64,000 nt of DNA from contig DLRW01000073.1 of NCBI GenBank assembly GCA_002501205.1, positions 48,287 through 112,286 on the forward strand, in the 5' to 3' direction. Made by a program: the position numbers and the translations under genes. The notes under the pieces are model-generated. The model was not told the origin of the DNA. It did no database searches and was given only the letters and a program-made list of their open reading frames with translations. This document shows positions 26,401 to 34,960 of this stretch, piece by piece (the first letter of the stretch is position 1; each line of letters begins with the position of its first letter). The stretch is from Flavobacteriales bacterium UBA7878. Its GTDB lineage: Bacteria > Bacteroidota > Bacteroidia > Flavobacteriales > Schleiferiaceae.

Positions 26401-26469
26401 ACAATATCGATCTCTTTAGAGGCTTGATATTAAAGGATATTTTATTCCTTTGGTATACACAAGTACGGC

Positions 26470-27534
26470 ATGAACCTAGAAATTACCGGCACCGGAAGAT
26501 GTATTCCAGAACTTCAGGTCCCCAACCAGAATTTTAGTGGTAATGAATTTTACACTCGCGAAGGTGAGCGTATTAATCAGGAGGGTGAAGAAGTCATCCG
26601 AAAGTTTCAAGAGATAACGGGGATCCGCGAACGACGCTATGCTCGACCCGATCAGCAAACCTCAGATCTGGCCACAATTGCCGCCCAAAGGGCCATCGAC
26701 GATGCCGGTATTGACCCTGAAACCCTGGACGGAATCATCTTCGCCCATAATTTTGGGAATATCCCCCACGGGAAAATTCAGAGTGATATTCTACCATCGC
26801 TGGCTACCCGGGTAAAGCACAACCTTAAAATTAAAAACCCCAATTGCATTGCTTTTGACATCCTATATGGTTGTCCAGGCTGGGTGCAAGCGGTAATTCT
26901 TGCCTATAATTATATCCTTGCAGGCCAGGGTAAGCATTATTTAGTAATCGGTGCTGAAACCTTATCGCGCAAATTAGATCCCCATGATCGTGATTCCATG
27001 ATTTTTTCTGATGGAGCAGGAGCTGCGGTAGTAGAGGCTATCGATAAAGACCTGAAGAAGGGTATTCTCAGTACGGCTTCGCAAACCTTTACCGAAGACG
27101 AGGCCTATTATTTAAATTACGGAGAGAGCAATAAGCAAGATGTAGGGCATGAAACCCGCTATATTAAAATGCAGGGGCAGAAGATCTATCAATTTGCTCT
27201 TACCCATGTACCGGCTGCGATGAAGCTTTGCCTCGATCGTTCGGGATTAAGCATTGATCAGGTGAAGAAGGTCTTGATCCATCAAGCAAACGAAAAAATG
27301 GATGAAGCCATTATTAAGCGTTTCTTCCGTTTGTATCGCACGCCCGAACCGGAGGGAATTATGCCTATGAGCATTCATCTTTTAGGAAACAGTTCGGTGG
27401 CCACGGTACCCACTCTACTCGATTTATTACGTCGCGGTGAGCTGGAAGGTCATGAGTTAAATGAGGGCGATGTGATTCTCTTAGCTTCAGTAGGGGCAGG
27501 GATGAGCATTAATGCCATTACCTATCGGGTTTAA
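26470..27534 (+). CDS. 3-oxoacyl-ACP synthase III (FabH-like KAS III)
   Basis: 354 aa. The catalytic triad context is intact: GCPGW (Cys), IHQANEKM (His), GNSSVATVP (Asn). Confidence 0.85.
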   Translation: MNLEITGTGRCIPELQVPNQNFSGNEFYTREGERINQEGEEVIRKFQEITGIRERRYARPDQQTSDLATIAAQRAIDDAGIDPETLDGIIFAHNFGNIPHGKIQSDILPSLATRVKHNLKIKNPNCIAFDILYGCPGWVQAVILAYNYILAGQGKHYLVIGAETLSRKLDPHDRDSMIFSDGAGAAVVEAIDKDLKKGILSTASQTFTEDEAYYLNYGESNKQDVGHETRYIKMQGQKIYQFALTHVPAAMKLCLDRSGLSIDQVKKVLIHQANEKMDEAIIKRFFRLYRTPEPEGIMPMSIHLLGNSSVATVPTLLDLLRRGELEGHELNEGDVILLASVGAGMSINAITYRV

Positions 27535-27574
27535 GCAAGAACTGTATATTCGCGCAAATTTTTAACCTGAAATC

Positions 27575-28318
27575 ATGCGCAAATCGTATTTAGCGATGGC
27601 TAGTCTGGCCATTGCGGCAATTATCGTATCCTGTAATAAGGATGAAGAATTCATCATCCCTGAAATTACCGAGTATTCATTTAATCAAGAATCACAAGAG
27701 GTAGTCCTAACTGCCGGTGAGAGCTTTGAATTTCAAGCACAAGTCAAGGATAATGTCCAGCTATCCAAGCTTAACTTAAGTATTGAAGCGAATAATGGCA
27801 ATTGGTCTTATTCTAAAAGCTTCAATCTTTCTGGTACATCGGCTTCGGTAAATCAGCAGATTGAGCTTTCTTCGGATGCTAGTCCTGGCGCCTGTCTTAT
27901 TAGGTTGACTGCCATAGATGCTTCTGGAAATAAGACCAGCACAGCTTTTCATGCTATGATTGAGGATAACCGCCCTCAAATTAGTTTAAGTGCACCAAGC
28001 ATTTCTTCATCAGATAATCTCATTCATTTAAGCGCGGGATCACCTGTAACATTTATGGGCTTAATCACCGATAATGAAGACCTGAGCAAGGTGCTTATTC
28101 AGATCAATGTGAAGAATAATATTGGTGGCCCCAGCCAGGCGGTGAATGAGGAAATTGATTTTAATGGAAGTAATGATACAAGCTGGGACTTTGATGGTGG
28201 CTATACGGTTATGATTCCTCAGAATGCCATTTCAGTAAATTATCAATTGATCATAACGGCCTTAGACAATAAAGGCAATTTTAGCACTTTTAAACACGAC
28301 GTTAAGATTGCGCCTTAA
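27575..28318 (+). CDS. Lipoprotein with two Ig-like repeat modules (possibly DUF4625-like)
   Basis: Lipobox LAIAAIIVSC. There is an internal duplication (LTAGESFEFQAQVKDNVQLSKLNLSI / LSAGSPVTFMGLITDNEDLSKVLIQI). Confidence 0.55.
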   Translation: MRKSYLAMASLAIAAIIVSCNKDEEFIIPEITEYSFNQESQEVVLTAGESFEFQAQVKDNVQLSKLNLSIEANNGNWSYSKSFNLSGTSASVNQQIELSSDASPGACLIRLTAIDASGNKTSTAFHAMIEDNRPQISLSAPSISSSDNLIHLSAGSPVTFMGLITDNEDLSKVLIQINVKNNIGGPSQAVNEEIDFNGSNDTSWDFDGGYTVMIPQNAISVNYQLIITALDNKGNFSTFKHDVKIAP

Positions 28319-29678
28319 GCTCTAGGGCTTGATAAATTTCGAGAGCCTTTGCATAAAGGCTCTCATCATAGTCTAAATCCACTTTCCGCTGATTTACAAA
28401 AGCCTGCGGAGCTTCCTGCTCCCATTTTAATTGGAACGCTGCGAGGGCTCGATTGAGATAATCCACCGGCTCGGCACAGAAAGCTTCATAAGGGGTGAAG
28501 TGGATATTAGGGCCTTCGAGCTCTAGGGCAAAACGATAGTATTCGATCCAGATTTGCAGCCAGTAATTGAGCTCGCTTTTATCTCCTTCTGGCAATTGAC
28601 CACCTTCAAATAAAAAGGGCTTTTGATCTAAGCCAAACTCATGATGCCCCAACCAATTCATATACTCCAAAACAAAGGCATCTTCACTTTGCATCTGACA
28701 ATAACGCTGGTGCATAGATCGCAAGGAGGCCGCATGGAATAAAGGCTGACGAAAAAGTAGCACCAATTGAAATTGACTGTTCTCTTCCCCCAATCCGCGA
28801 TAGCGTAACAAGAAATTATTGTTCTTAGCCAGGTAAATTTGATCGGGGCTTTGGCGGATAATACTTTGATAGTCTAAATAAGATTCATGCGCATCCGCCG
28901 AAAGGCGATATTCCTCCAGGCAATGCTCTTTAATATAGCTGTCCTTGCTGATGGCCTTAAAGAAATACTCTTCCAGGGCTTCATTAGAATTCATGCCCAG
29001 TTGAATGCCGTCTTTATGACTGCGTTCCCGACTTTGACCTGCTTTAGGCTTGTAAAAACGCGACCATAAATGCGGGCTCAGTAAAAAGGGCATATTGCCG
29101 TAATTCAAACTTTGAAATTGGGGTAAAGTAGCCAGGTGATTCATAAAGCTGGTAGTGCCTGCTCTTGCTAAACCGCTGATAATTAGGAAGTCTTTACGCT
29201 TCTCAATTCCTTTGCTTTTTACTTCGCGACGAAAAAGCTTAAGGCCCAAATGGTAATTATTCAGCACCATGCGGTGCAAGAGCATTGCTAGCTCTGAGTA
29301 GCCGGATGGCGACTTCTTGAAGGGTATTAAAAAAGGTAGAGTAGCACCTACAGAAAGAGCCAGAATACTTTGCCAGGAGCTGAGCTCTGGAGGCGCTTCC
29401 CCTTCTTCCAAAGCGATAAAAATATCATGGAGGTTTAGACTAATCAGAATAATTGCGCCTGCTCCAATCAACAGTCCGATAAAAGCTAATAGGTTAAGAA
29501 TCAGCCTGCCAGTATGCGATTGTAATTCTTCCAGCTTTTCGTCTTCATCCTGATCGCCCAGCATAATGTCGAGCACCCGAGTGCTGCTAATGGCAAGTCG
29601 GTAAAAACTCTTCCGCCCCCAGCGAATCAGGCCAAAAGCTAGGGCAGCCGAGAGGGCCAGAATGAAGTAAAAGGCCAT
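28302..29678 (-). CDS. Membrane-anchored PAPS-type sulfotransferase
   Basis: About 120 aa of N-terminal TM helices, then the 5'-PSB-like loop ISGLARAGTTSFMNHL and the 3'-PB-like LLFRQPLFHAASL. Confidence 0.65.
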   Translation of the reverse strand: MAFYFILALSAALAFGLIRWGRKSFYRLAISSTRVLDIMLGDQDEDEKLEELQSHTGRLILNLLAFIGLLIGAGAIILISLNLHDIFIALEEGEAPPELSSWQSILALSVGATLPFLIPFKKSPSGYSELAMLLHRMVLNNYHLGLKLFRREVKSKGIEKRKDFLIISGLARAGTTSFMNHLATLPQFQSLNYGNMPFLLSPHLWSRFYKPKAGQSRERSHKDGIQLGMNSNEALEEYFFKAISKDSYIKEHCLEEYRLSADAHESYLDYQSIIRQSPDQIYLAKNNNFLLRYRGLGEENSQFQLVLLFRQPLFHAASLRSMHQRYCQMQSEDAFVLEYMNWLGHHEFGLDQKPFLFEGGQLPEGDKSELNYWLQIWIEYYRFALELEGPNIHFTPYEAFCAEPVDYLNRALAAFQLKWEQEAPQAFVNQRKVDLDYDESLYAKALEIYQALELKAQS

Positions 29679-29825
29679 TTATTTTTTCTTCTTTTTCCCC
29701 ATGCGCTTAATGCGGAGGTAAACGATATAGCCCAAGGAGAAAAGTACCAGGGCACCAATCAATAAGATCAGTACGATGGCGCCGGCGCTCATGCCCGGAC
29801 CGATATAGAGAAAAGGACTTGTCAT
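29679..29825 (-). CDS. 48-aa single-pass membrane micro-protein (not in the supplied ORF track)
   Basis: MTSPFLYIGPGMSAGAIVLILLIGALVLFSLGYIVYLRIKRMGKKKKK. Its ATG overlaps the TGA of the upstream gene (ATGA). Its TAA directly abuts the ATG of the sulfotransferase gene. Confidence 0.45.
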   Translation of the reverse strand: MTSPFLYIGPGMSAGAIVLILLIGALVLFSLGYIVYLRIKRMGKKKKK

Positions 29826-31108
29826 GGTTTTTCAGTTAAAATTCGGGTCCAGTTAGAAAGGTGATGATGCCCTTCATGCTGCGAAGGAAGCACATTTTTA
29901 TACAAGAGCTCCCCATTTTTAAATACCCAAAGTTTTCCGCTGTTCTGCTCTTCAATCCAAAGGCTGCCATCAGCTAAAACCTCTTGCATGCCTTCGGTAA
30001 AGGTTTGAATTTGATGCTCATCATAAACCTTCTTCTCGTAGGGGTAAAGCCTTTCGTTTTTAAGGTCGTAGGCCATGGTATTGGAATAGTAGTCCCCGGC
30101 ATCAATACGCTGATCAGCCACTCGCCAGTTGCCTGGACGACTGCTCCAGAAGGTGTGCGAATTATTATTGAAGAAGATAATGGTACTGTCGTTCAGGAAA
30201 TCAATATCGTGTTGGGAGTAGAAATTACCTTCAATCAAGCGAATCACCTTATTGGTAGAAGGACGATAATGCATCAGCGCTGAGCAGTTTCTAAAACTTA
30301 AAAACAGATCACCCTCTTTGTACCAAGCGGTAGTTTTTAAAGCGGGCTGTACATCGTTCAGGTGAATAGGGTCCTCAATATTGGGCGATTTTAGGATCAA
30401 ATTCGAAAGCCCGTTTTCATTCAAAATCTCAGTAATGGATTTATGAAAGAGAAGCTTACCCGTATTGGGGTCTAGTTGGCTGATGGTATTATCGATATAC
30501 ACCAATTCACGTCCATCCACATCGTAAAAACCTTTGTAGATAATGAAACCGCCATTTTCCTTAGTATAGGTGCAGGCCCAGATATTTCCAGCGCTATCGA
30601 GGTTAATCGAGTGGTGATGGGCAATCGTGTCCTGATTCCAAATTTGATTTCCGAGGGAGTCCAAACAAATTAAACCGGTTACGCCATTATAAGAATAAAC
30701 CAAGCGCTTGCCTGGTAAAAGCAAAGGATCCATAATTCGATCATGCGCCTGATATGGGTTGGCGATATCCCATTTATGGAGGCTTTCGTCGTTTTTAAGA
30801 TTACGGATTTCTACGCTACGCCCTTCTTCGGAATTGCTGTAGCTGATGAGGGCATAAAGGTCATTCTCCAATTTGTTTACGGCCTCAAAACCGGCGGGGG
30901 TAGGCACAAAGGTTTCGGGAAGCTTTTTTACTTCTTCTACCGATTTTTCAAAGAGGTCGAGAAAGCTCACATAGGCATCGAGGCCCTTGCCCACTTTGTC
31001 GCCCAAAATCTTATCACCGGTACTATTGTGCTTAACTAACCAGCCAAAAACGGATAAGCCGAAAAGGCTGAGAATGATGATGGCTAAGCGTAGGAAAAAT
31101 TTCTCCAT
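29822..31108 (-). CDS. N-terminally anchored beta-propeller protein, tentatively arylsulfotransferase (ASST)-like
   Basis: The ATG at 31108 (MEKFFLRLAIIILSLFGLSVFGW) gives one TM helix. It has repeated strand motifs (GNIWAC, GKLWVF) and His-containing motifs (AHHHSINLD, IHLNDVQP, SQHDIDFLND). Family assignment is from memory only. Confidence 0.4.
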   Translation of the reverse strand: MEKFFLRLAIIILSLFGLSVFGWLVKHNSTGDKILGDKVGKGLDAYVSFLDLFEKSVEEVKKLPETFVPTPAGFEAVNKLENDLYALISYSNSEEGRSVEIRNLKNDESLHKWDIANPYQAHDRIMDPLLLPGKRLVYSYNGVTGLICLDSLGNQIWNQDTIAHHHSINLDSAGNIWACTYTKENGGFIIYKGFYDVDGRELVYIDNTISQLDPNTGKLLFHKSITEILNENGLSNLILKSPNIEDPIHLNDVQPALKTTAWYKEGDLFLSFRNCSALMHYRPSTNKVIRLIEGNFYSQHDIDFLNDSTIIFFNNNSHTFWSSRPGNWRVADQRIDAGDYYSNTMAYDLKNERLYPYEKKVYDEHQIQTFTEGMQEVLADGSLWIEEQNSGKLWVFKNGELLYKNVLPSQHEGHHHLSNWTRILTEKP

Positions 31109-31124
31109 GGTCTTCAATCTGGCG

Positions 31125-31132
31125 CAAAAGTA
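31125..31132 (-). promoter_or_regulatory. Candidate -7 promoter box (TACTTTTG on the minus strand)
   Basis: Exact TAnnTTTG match, 16 nt upstream of the ATG at 31108. Confidence 0.35.
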
Positions 31133-31292
31133 GGGAAGATAGTCAAGATCGAATCGCAGGCTGAGAGAGGCCTGTCAATTTTTGAGGGGAAGTAGAACTT
31201 TATTGAGTATCAGAGTCCAGCCGAGCAATCCAAAAAGGCCCTTGTAAAGCCTTAATGCTAAACGTAAATTAGCCTTCTCAAAAAAGCACAAG

Positions 31293-33344
31293 ATGCAGCA
31301 AATTCAGAATTATGTACAGGGTGAATGGGTTTCTGGCCAAGGCGAGGAACTAATTGCCCGCGACGCGATACACGGAACCGAAATTGGAATTGTTTCCAGT
31401 GCCGGATTAGATTACGAGGCCATTTTAGATTATGGTCGCAAGGTGGGTGGACCTGCCCTTCGTAAAATGACCTTCCAGGAAAGAGGGCGAATGTTGAAGG
31501 CCCTGGCCCTGCATCTCGTGAAAATTAAAGATCAGTTTTACGAAACCAGCTTTAAAACCGGAGCCACTAAAATTGACTCCTGGGTAGATATTGAAGGCGG
31601 TTTTGGAAATCTCTTTGCCAATGCTTCTTTACGTCGCCAGTTTCCGGATTTGCCATATTATGTTGATGGCAGCCATGCGCCACTTTCGAAGAATGGCACT
31701 TTTATAGGTCATCATATTATGGTGCCTAAACGCGGAGTGGCGATTCACATTAATGCCTTTAACTTCCCGGTTTGGGGAATGCTCGAAAAAATTGCAGTGA
31801 ACCTGATGGCCGGTGTTCCTGCGGTGGTGAAGCCCTCTGAATATACCTCATTCTTAACCGAGCATGTGGTACGCGAAATTATCGCCTCCAAGATTTTACC
31901 GGAAGGAGCCCTGCAATTAGTTACGGGCTTAGGTCGTGGAATTTTGGATCATGTGACCACCGGTGATATGGTAACCTTTACCGGTAGTGCCGCTACCGGG
32001 AAGAAATTACAAGCCCTGCCTCATATCGTAGATCGCTCTGTTACTTTCAACCTGGAGGCTGACTCCTTAAACGCTTCGGTATTAGGTCCGGACGTGGAAC
32101 CTGGAATGCCCGAGTTCGACATCTTCGTGAAGGAGGTTCAGCGAGAGATTACTACTAAGGCTGGTCAGAAGTGTACAGCCGTACGTAGAATTATAGTTCC
32201 CGAAGACAAGATAGATGCGGTGCAGGAAGCATTGATCTCTCGCTTGCAGAAAACCAGCATTGGCGATCCTCGGATGGAAGGAGTACGCATGGGGTCTTTA
32301 GCCTCCAGCATTCAGGTGGAGCGCTTGGCAGAGAATATTGCCCGACTTAAAAATTCGCAAGAAGTGGTTTATGGCGACCTCCGCGATTTTGAAGTGATGG
32401 GTGCTCAAAAAGATAAGGGTGCCTTTGTGAGCCCAACACTGTTCCGCAACGACAATCCTTTTACCAATACCGATGTACATGAAGTGGAATGCTTTGGTCC
32501 GGTATCAACCTTAATCCCTTATAAAGGCTTAGCCGAAGCGGCCGAGATTGCCAATATGGGTAAAGGTTCCTTAGTGAGCTCCATTATAACAGCCGATGAT
32601 AAAATTGGTCGCGAATACGTAGTGGAAGCCGCACACATGCACGGTCGAATTATGGTGCTGAATGCTAAGAGCGCCAAGGAAAGTACCGGTCATGGTTCGC
32701 CAATGCCATTGCTTACGCACGGTGGACCCGGACGAGCCGGTGGCGGTGAAGAGATGGGTGGAAAGCGCGGTGTATTGCACTATCTGCAGCGTACCGCTAT
32801 TCAAGGACACCCGGATACCATTACTGAAATCACACAAGTGTATCAACCCGGCGCCAGTCGCCCGGAAGCGGAAAAACATTTATTCCGCCAGCATTTTGAA
32901 GAACTCAAAGTGGGGGAAACTGTATATACCCATCGTCATACCGTTACGGATGCCGATATCGCCAGCTTTGCCCAGGTGAGCGGCGATAATTTCTATGCTC
33001 ATGTGGATGCCACCTCTCTGGAGGGCACCATTTTCGAGGGTAAGGTGGCGCATGGCTACTATGTACTTTCCAAAGCAGCCGGTATGTTCGTTGATCCATG
33101 CAAAGGACCGGTATTATTGAACTATGGTATTGATGAATGTCGTTTTACCAAACCGGTATATCCTGGCATGACCATCGGCGTGAAGTTTACCGTGAAGGAA
33201 AAGATCGATCAGGAAAAACGCAGTGAAGATGATATCGCTAAGGGCATCGTGAAATTCAATGTGGATGTATACGATGAGGAAGGCGAGACTGTGGCTCTGG
33301 CAACTATTTTAACGATGGTGAAGAAGATTGATCAGAGTGTATAG
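31293..33344 (+). CDS. paaZ: Bifunctional oxepin-CoA hydrolase / 3-oxo-5,6-dehydrosuberyl-CoA semialdehyde dehydrogenase
   Basis: 683 aa. An N-terminal aldehyde dehydrogenase domain (FTGS, GQKCTA Cys motif) is fused to a C-terminal MaoC-like hotdog domain (FAQVSGDNFYAH). This is the PaaZ architecture and length. Confidence 0.85.
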   Translation: MQQIQNYVQGEWVSGQGEELIARDAIHGTEIGIVSSAGLDYEAILDYGRKVGGPALRKMTFQERGRMLKALALHLVKIKDQFYETSFKTGATKIDSWVDIEGGFGNLFANASLRRQFPDLPYYVDGSHAPLSKNGTFIGHHIMVPKRGVAIHINAFNFPVWGMLEKIAVNLMAGVPAVVKPSEYTSFLTEHVVREIIASKILPEGALQLVTGLGRGILDHVTTGDMVTFTGSAATGKKLQALPHIVDRSVTFNLEADSLNASVLGPDVEPGMPEFDIFVKEVQREITTKAGQKCTAVRRIIVPEDKIDAVQEALISRLQKTSIGDPRMEGVRMGSLASSIQVERLAENIARLKNSQEVVYGDLRDFEVMGAQKDKGAFVSPTLFRNDNPFTNTDVHEVECFGPVSTLIPYKGLAEAAEIANMGKGSLVSSIITADDKIGREYVVEAAHMHGRIMVLNAKSAKESTGHGSPMPLLTHGGPGRAGGGEEMGGKRGVLHYLQRTAIQGHPDTITEITQVYQPGASRPEAEKHLFRQHFEELKVGETVYTHRHTVTDADIASFAQVSGDNFYAHVDATSLEGTIFEGKVAHGYYVLSKAAGMFVDPCKGPVLLNYGIDECRFTKPVYPGMTIGVKFTVKEKIDQEKRSEDDIAKGIVKFNVDVYDEEGETVALATILTMVKKIDQSV

Positions 33345-33510
33345 GAGAGACTATAGATTTTAGACTATAGACATTAGATGTATTTAGATTGGAGTGATGA
33401 TTGTTGCTTCGAGTAGAGCTTTGGTGGATTGTTTTACCATAGAGACGCTGAGAAGCACCTGCCTGACGGTAGGCGGGTAGCGAAGCGGGCGGTGAAGCAA
33501 ATTGACAACT
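33345..33510. repeat. Mosaic intergenic repeat block (locus 2)
   Basis: It contains the tagac/tagat module, a 50-nt module at 33407-33456 (44/50 identical to 34038-34087) and a 23-nt exact match at 33478-33500 (= 34164-34186). Confidence 0.8.
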
Positions 33511-33575
33511 GTAGCTACTTAATGGAAAGGTGTAGTTTCAATATATTGGCGCAATGTCAATACAAACCTTAACTG

Positions 33576-33998
33576 ATGACTAATGAAAATTATTTAAGTA
33601 TCTGCGGTACTTGTAAAAACCGAAAGCTCACTCTGAAGTCAGGCTTGCTTTGCGGCTTAACAGATGCTAAGCCCAGTTTTACTGAGACATGCCCGGAGTA
33701 TCTCCAAGATAATGAGGAACGCAAACAGCAAATTATGAAGCCCTTCGAAAGGACTGCTTCCGAAACTCTCTGGGGATTATCTATTAAGCCGGATACCTTA
33801 AAGACCCAAGGCTTATTAATTGCTGCAATTGGATTAGGAGGGACCCTTTTGTCAACCACTGTTGATATTGCCGGGCTTTTATCCCTTTCGATAGGTACTT
33901 TAATTGTTGGGGTATTGGCTTATCGAAAAAGTCAGCAAATAGAAAAAGCTTTAAAGCAGATTGAAGACGAAAAGCTTGAGGAAAATATAAAGGGTTAG
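33576..33998 (+). CDS. Small membrane protein with N-terminal Cys-rich (CxxC ... C ... C) segment
   Basis: 140-aa ORF. The N-terminus reads CGTCKNRK...LLCGL...TETCPEY, followed by two hydrophobic helices and a charged tail. Repeat blocks flank it. Confidence 0.45.
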   Translation: MTNENYLSICGTCKNRKLTLKSGLLCGLTDAKPSFTETCPEYLQDNEERKQQIMKPFERTASETLWGLSIKPDTLKTQGLLIAAIGLGGTLLSTTVDIAGLLSLSIGTLIVGVLAYRKSQQIEKALKQIEDEKLEENIKG

Positions 33999-34029
33999 TT
34001 ACCAGTCGGTTGCTCGAAATGTAAATTAC

Positions 34030-34195
34030 TATTGTTTCTTCGAGTGGAGCTTTGGTGGATTATTTTACCGCAGAAACGCTAAGAAGCTAAGGTTTGCAAA
34101 GAGTTTTATGTTTGCTCCAAGCTGGATGTAAACCTCTGTGTATCTCTGCGCTCTTTGTGCCTCTAGCGAAGCGGGCGGTGAAGCAATCTCACAAC
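34030..34195. repeat. Mosaic intergenic repeat block (locus 3)
   Basis: It shares the 50-nt module (34038-34087), the cctctgtg..ctctgcgc module (34131-34163) and the 23-nt core tagcgaagcgggcggtgaagcaa (34164-34186). Confidence 0.8.
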
Positions 34196-34260
34196 GATTC
34201 AGACCACGAGCCAAAGCGTATCTTAGCTCCCTTCCGTTTTTACCTAAAAAAATAGCAATC

Positions 34261-34611
34261 ATGATAACCCACTGGAAAGGCGACCCACCCACAGCACCCT
34301 ATTATGCGGTGATTTTTATTTCTCAAAAATCGGAGCAATTGGATGGCTATGCCGAGGCGGACGCTGAGATGATGTCGGAAGCTCAAAAGCAGGAGGGCTA
34401 TTTAGGTTATTCTTCTTCCGGGGAGCCAAAGCAAGGAATCTTCATTTCCTATTGGCAAGATCAGGAGTCTATTCAAAAATGGCGTGCGCATAGCGGACAT
34501 ATTCAGGCCAAGCAGAACGGTAAGCAATCCTGGTATAACTATTACCATAGCATCATCGCCAAGGTAGAGCGCAGTGTGATCCACGGAGAGTGGTTGGAGG
34601 GAATTCAGTAG
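34261..34611 (+). CDS. Antibiotic-biosynthesis-monooxygenase (ABM) family protein
   Basis: Starting at the ATG at 34261 gives 116 aa. YYAVIFISQKS...GY...A..M...A..Q.GYLGY.S......GI.ISYW.....I..W..H..H..AQ..G...WY..Y...IAKVER fits the ABM pattern. The upstream part of ORF 34138..34611 lies in repeat DNA. Confidence 0.7.
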   Translation: MITHWKGDPPTAPYYAVIFISQKSEQLDGYAEADAEMMSEAQKQEGYLGYSSSGEPKQGIFISYWQDQESIQKWRAHSGHIQAKQNGKQSWYNYYHSIIAKVERSVIHGEWLEGIQ

Positions 34612-34960
34612 CTGGTAGTTGGAGTCGAGACAATAGAGTTTAGACGGTAGACTTTAGATACTAATGTCTATTGATCTTTCGGCTATAATTTTAGTGGCTT
34701 TACCGCAAAGACGCACCTGCCTGCAATAGATAGGAAGAAGCACCTGCATGCCGGTAGGCGGGAAGCTTCGCAAAGAGCTCAAGGCCTGCCCAAAGCTCGG
34801 TGTGAATCTCCATGCCTGAAAGGTCTAAACCTCTGTGCCCCTTAGCTTCTTTGCTCCTTTAGCGCAGCGAGCGGTGAAACAATCAACAGCAATACCCCTC
34901 TGTGAACCTCTGCGCCCTCTGTGTCTTAAGCGAAGCGAGCGGTGAAGCAACCCCGTAGCT
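34612..34960. repeat. Mosaic intergenic repeat block (locus 4, largest, internally tandem)
   Basis: It has the tagac module (34625-34665) and two cacctgcNtgc copies. Two tandem units start with aacctctgtg / ccctctgtg and end in agcgagcggtgaaRcaa (about 34828-34882 and 34895-34950). Confidence 0.8.

Noticed and set aside
34065-34292. 75-aa minus-strand ORF, and the N-terminal 41 codons of ORF 34138..34611
   Set aside because: Both lie entirely in the repeat block (locus 3). The ABM-domain homology begins only at the ATG at 34261.
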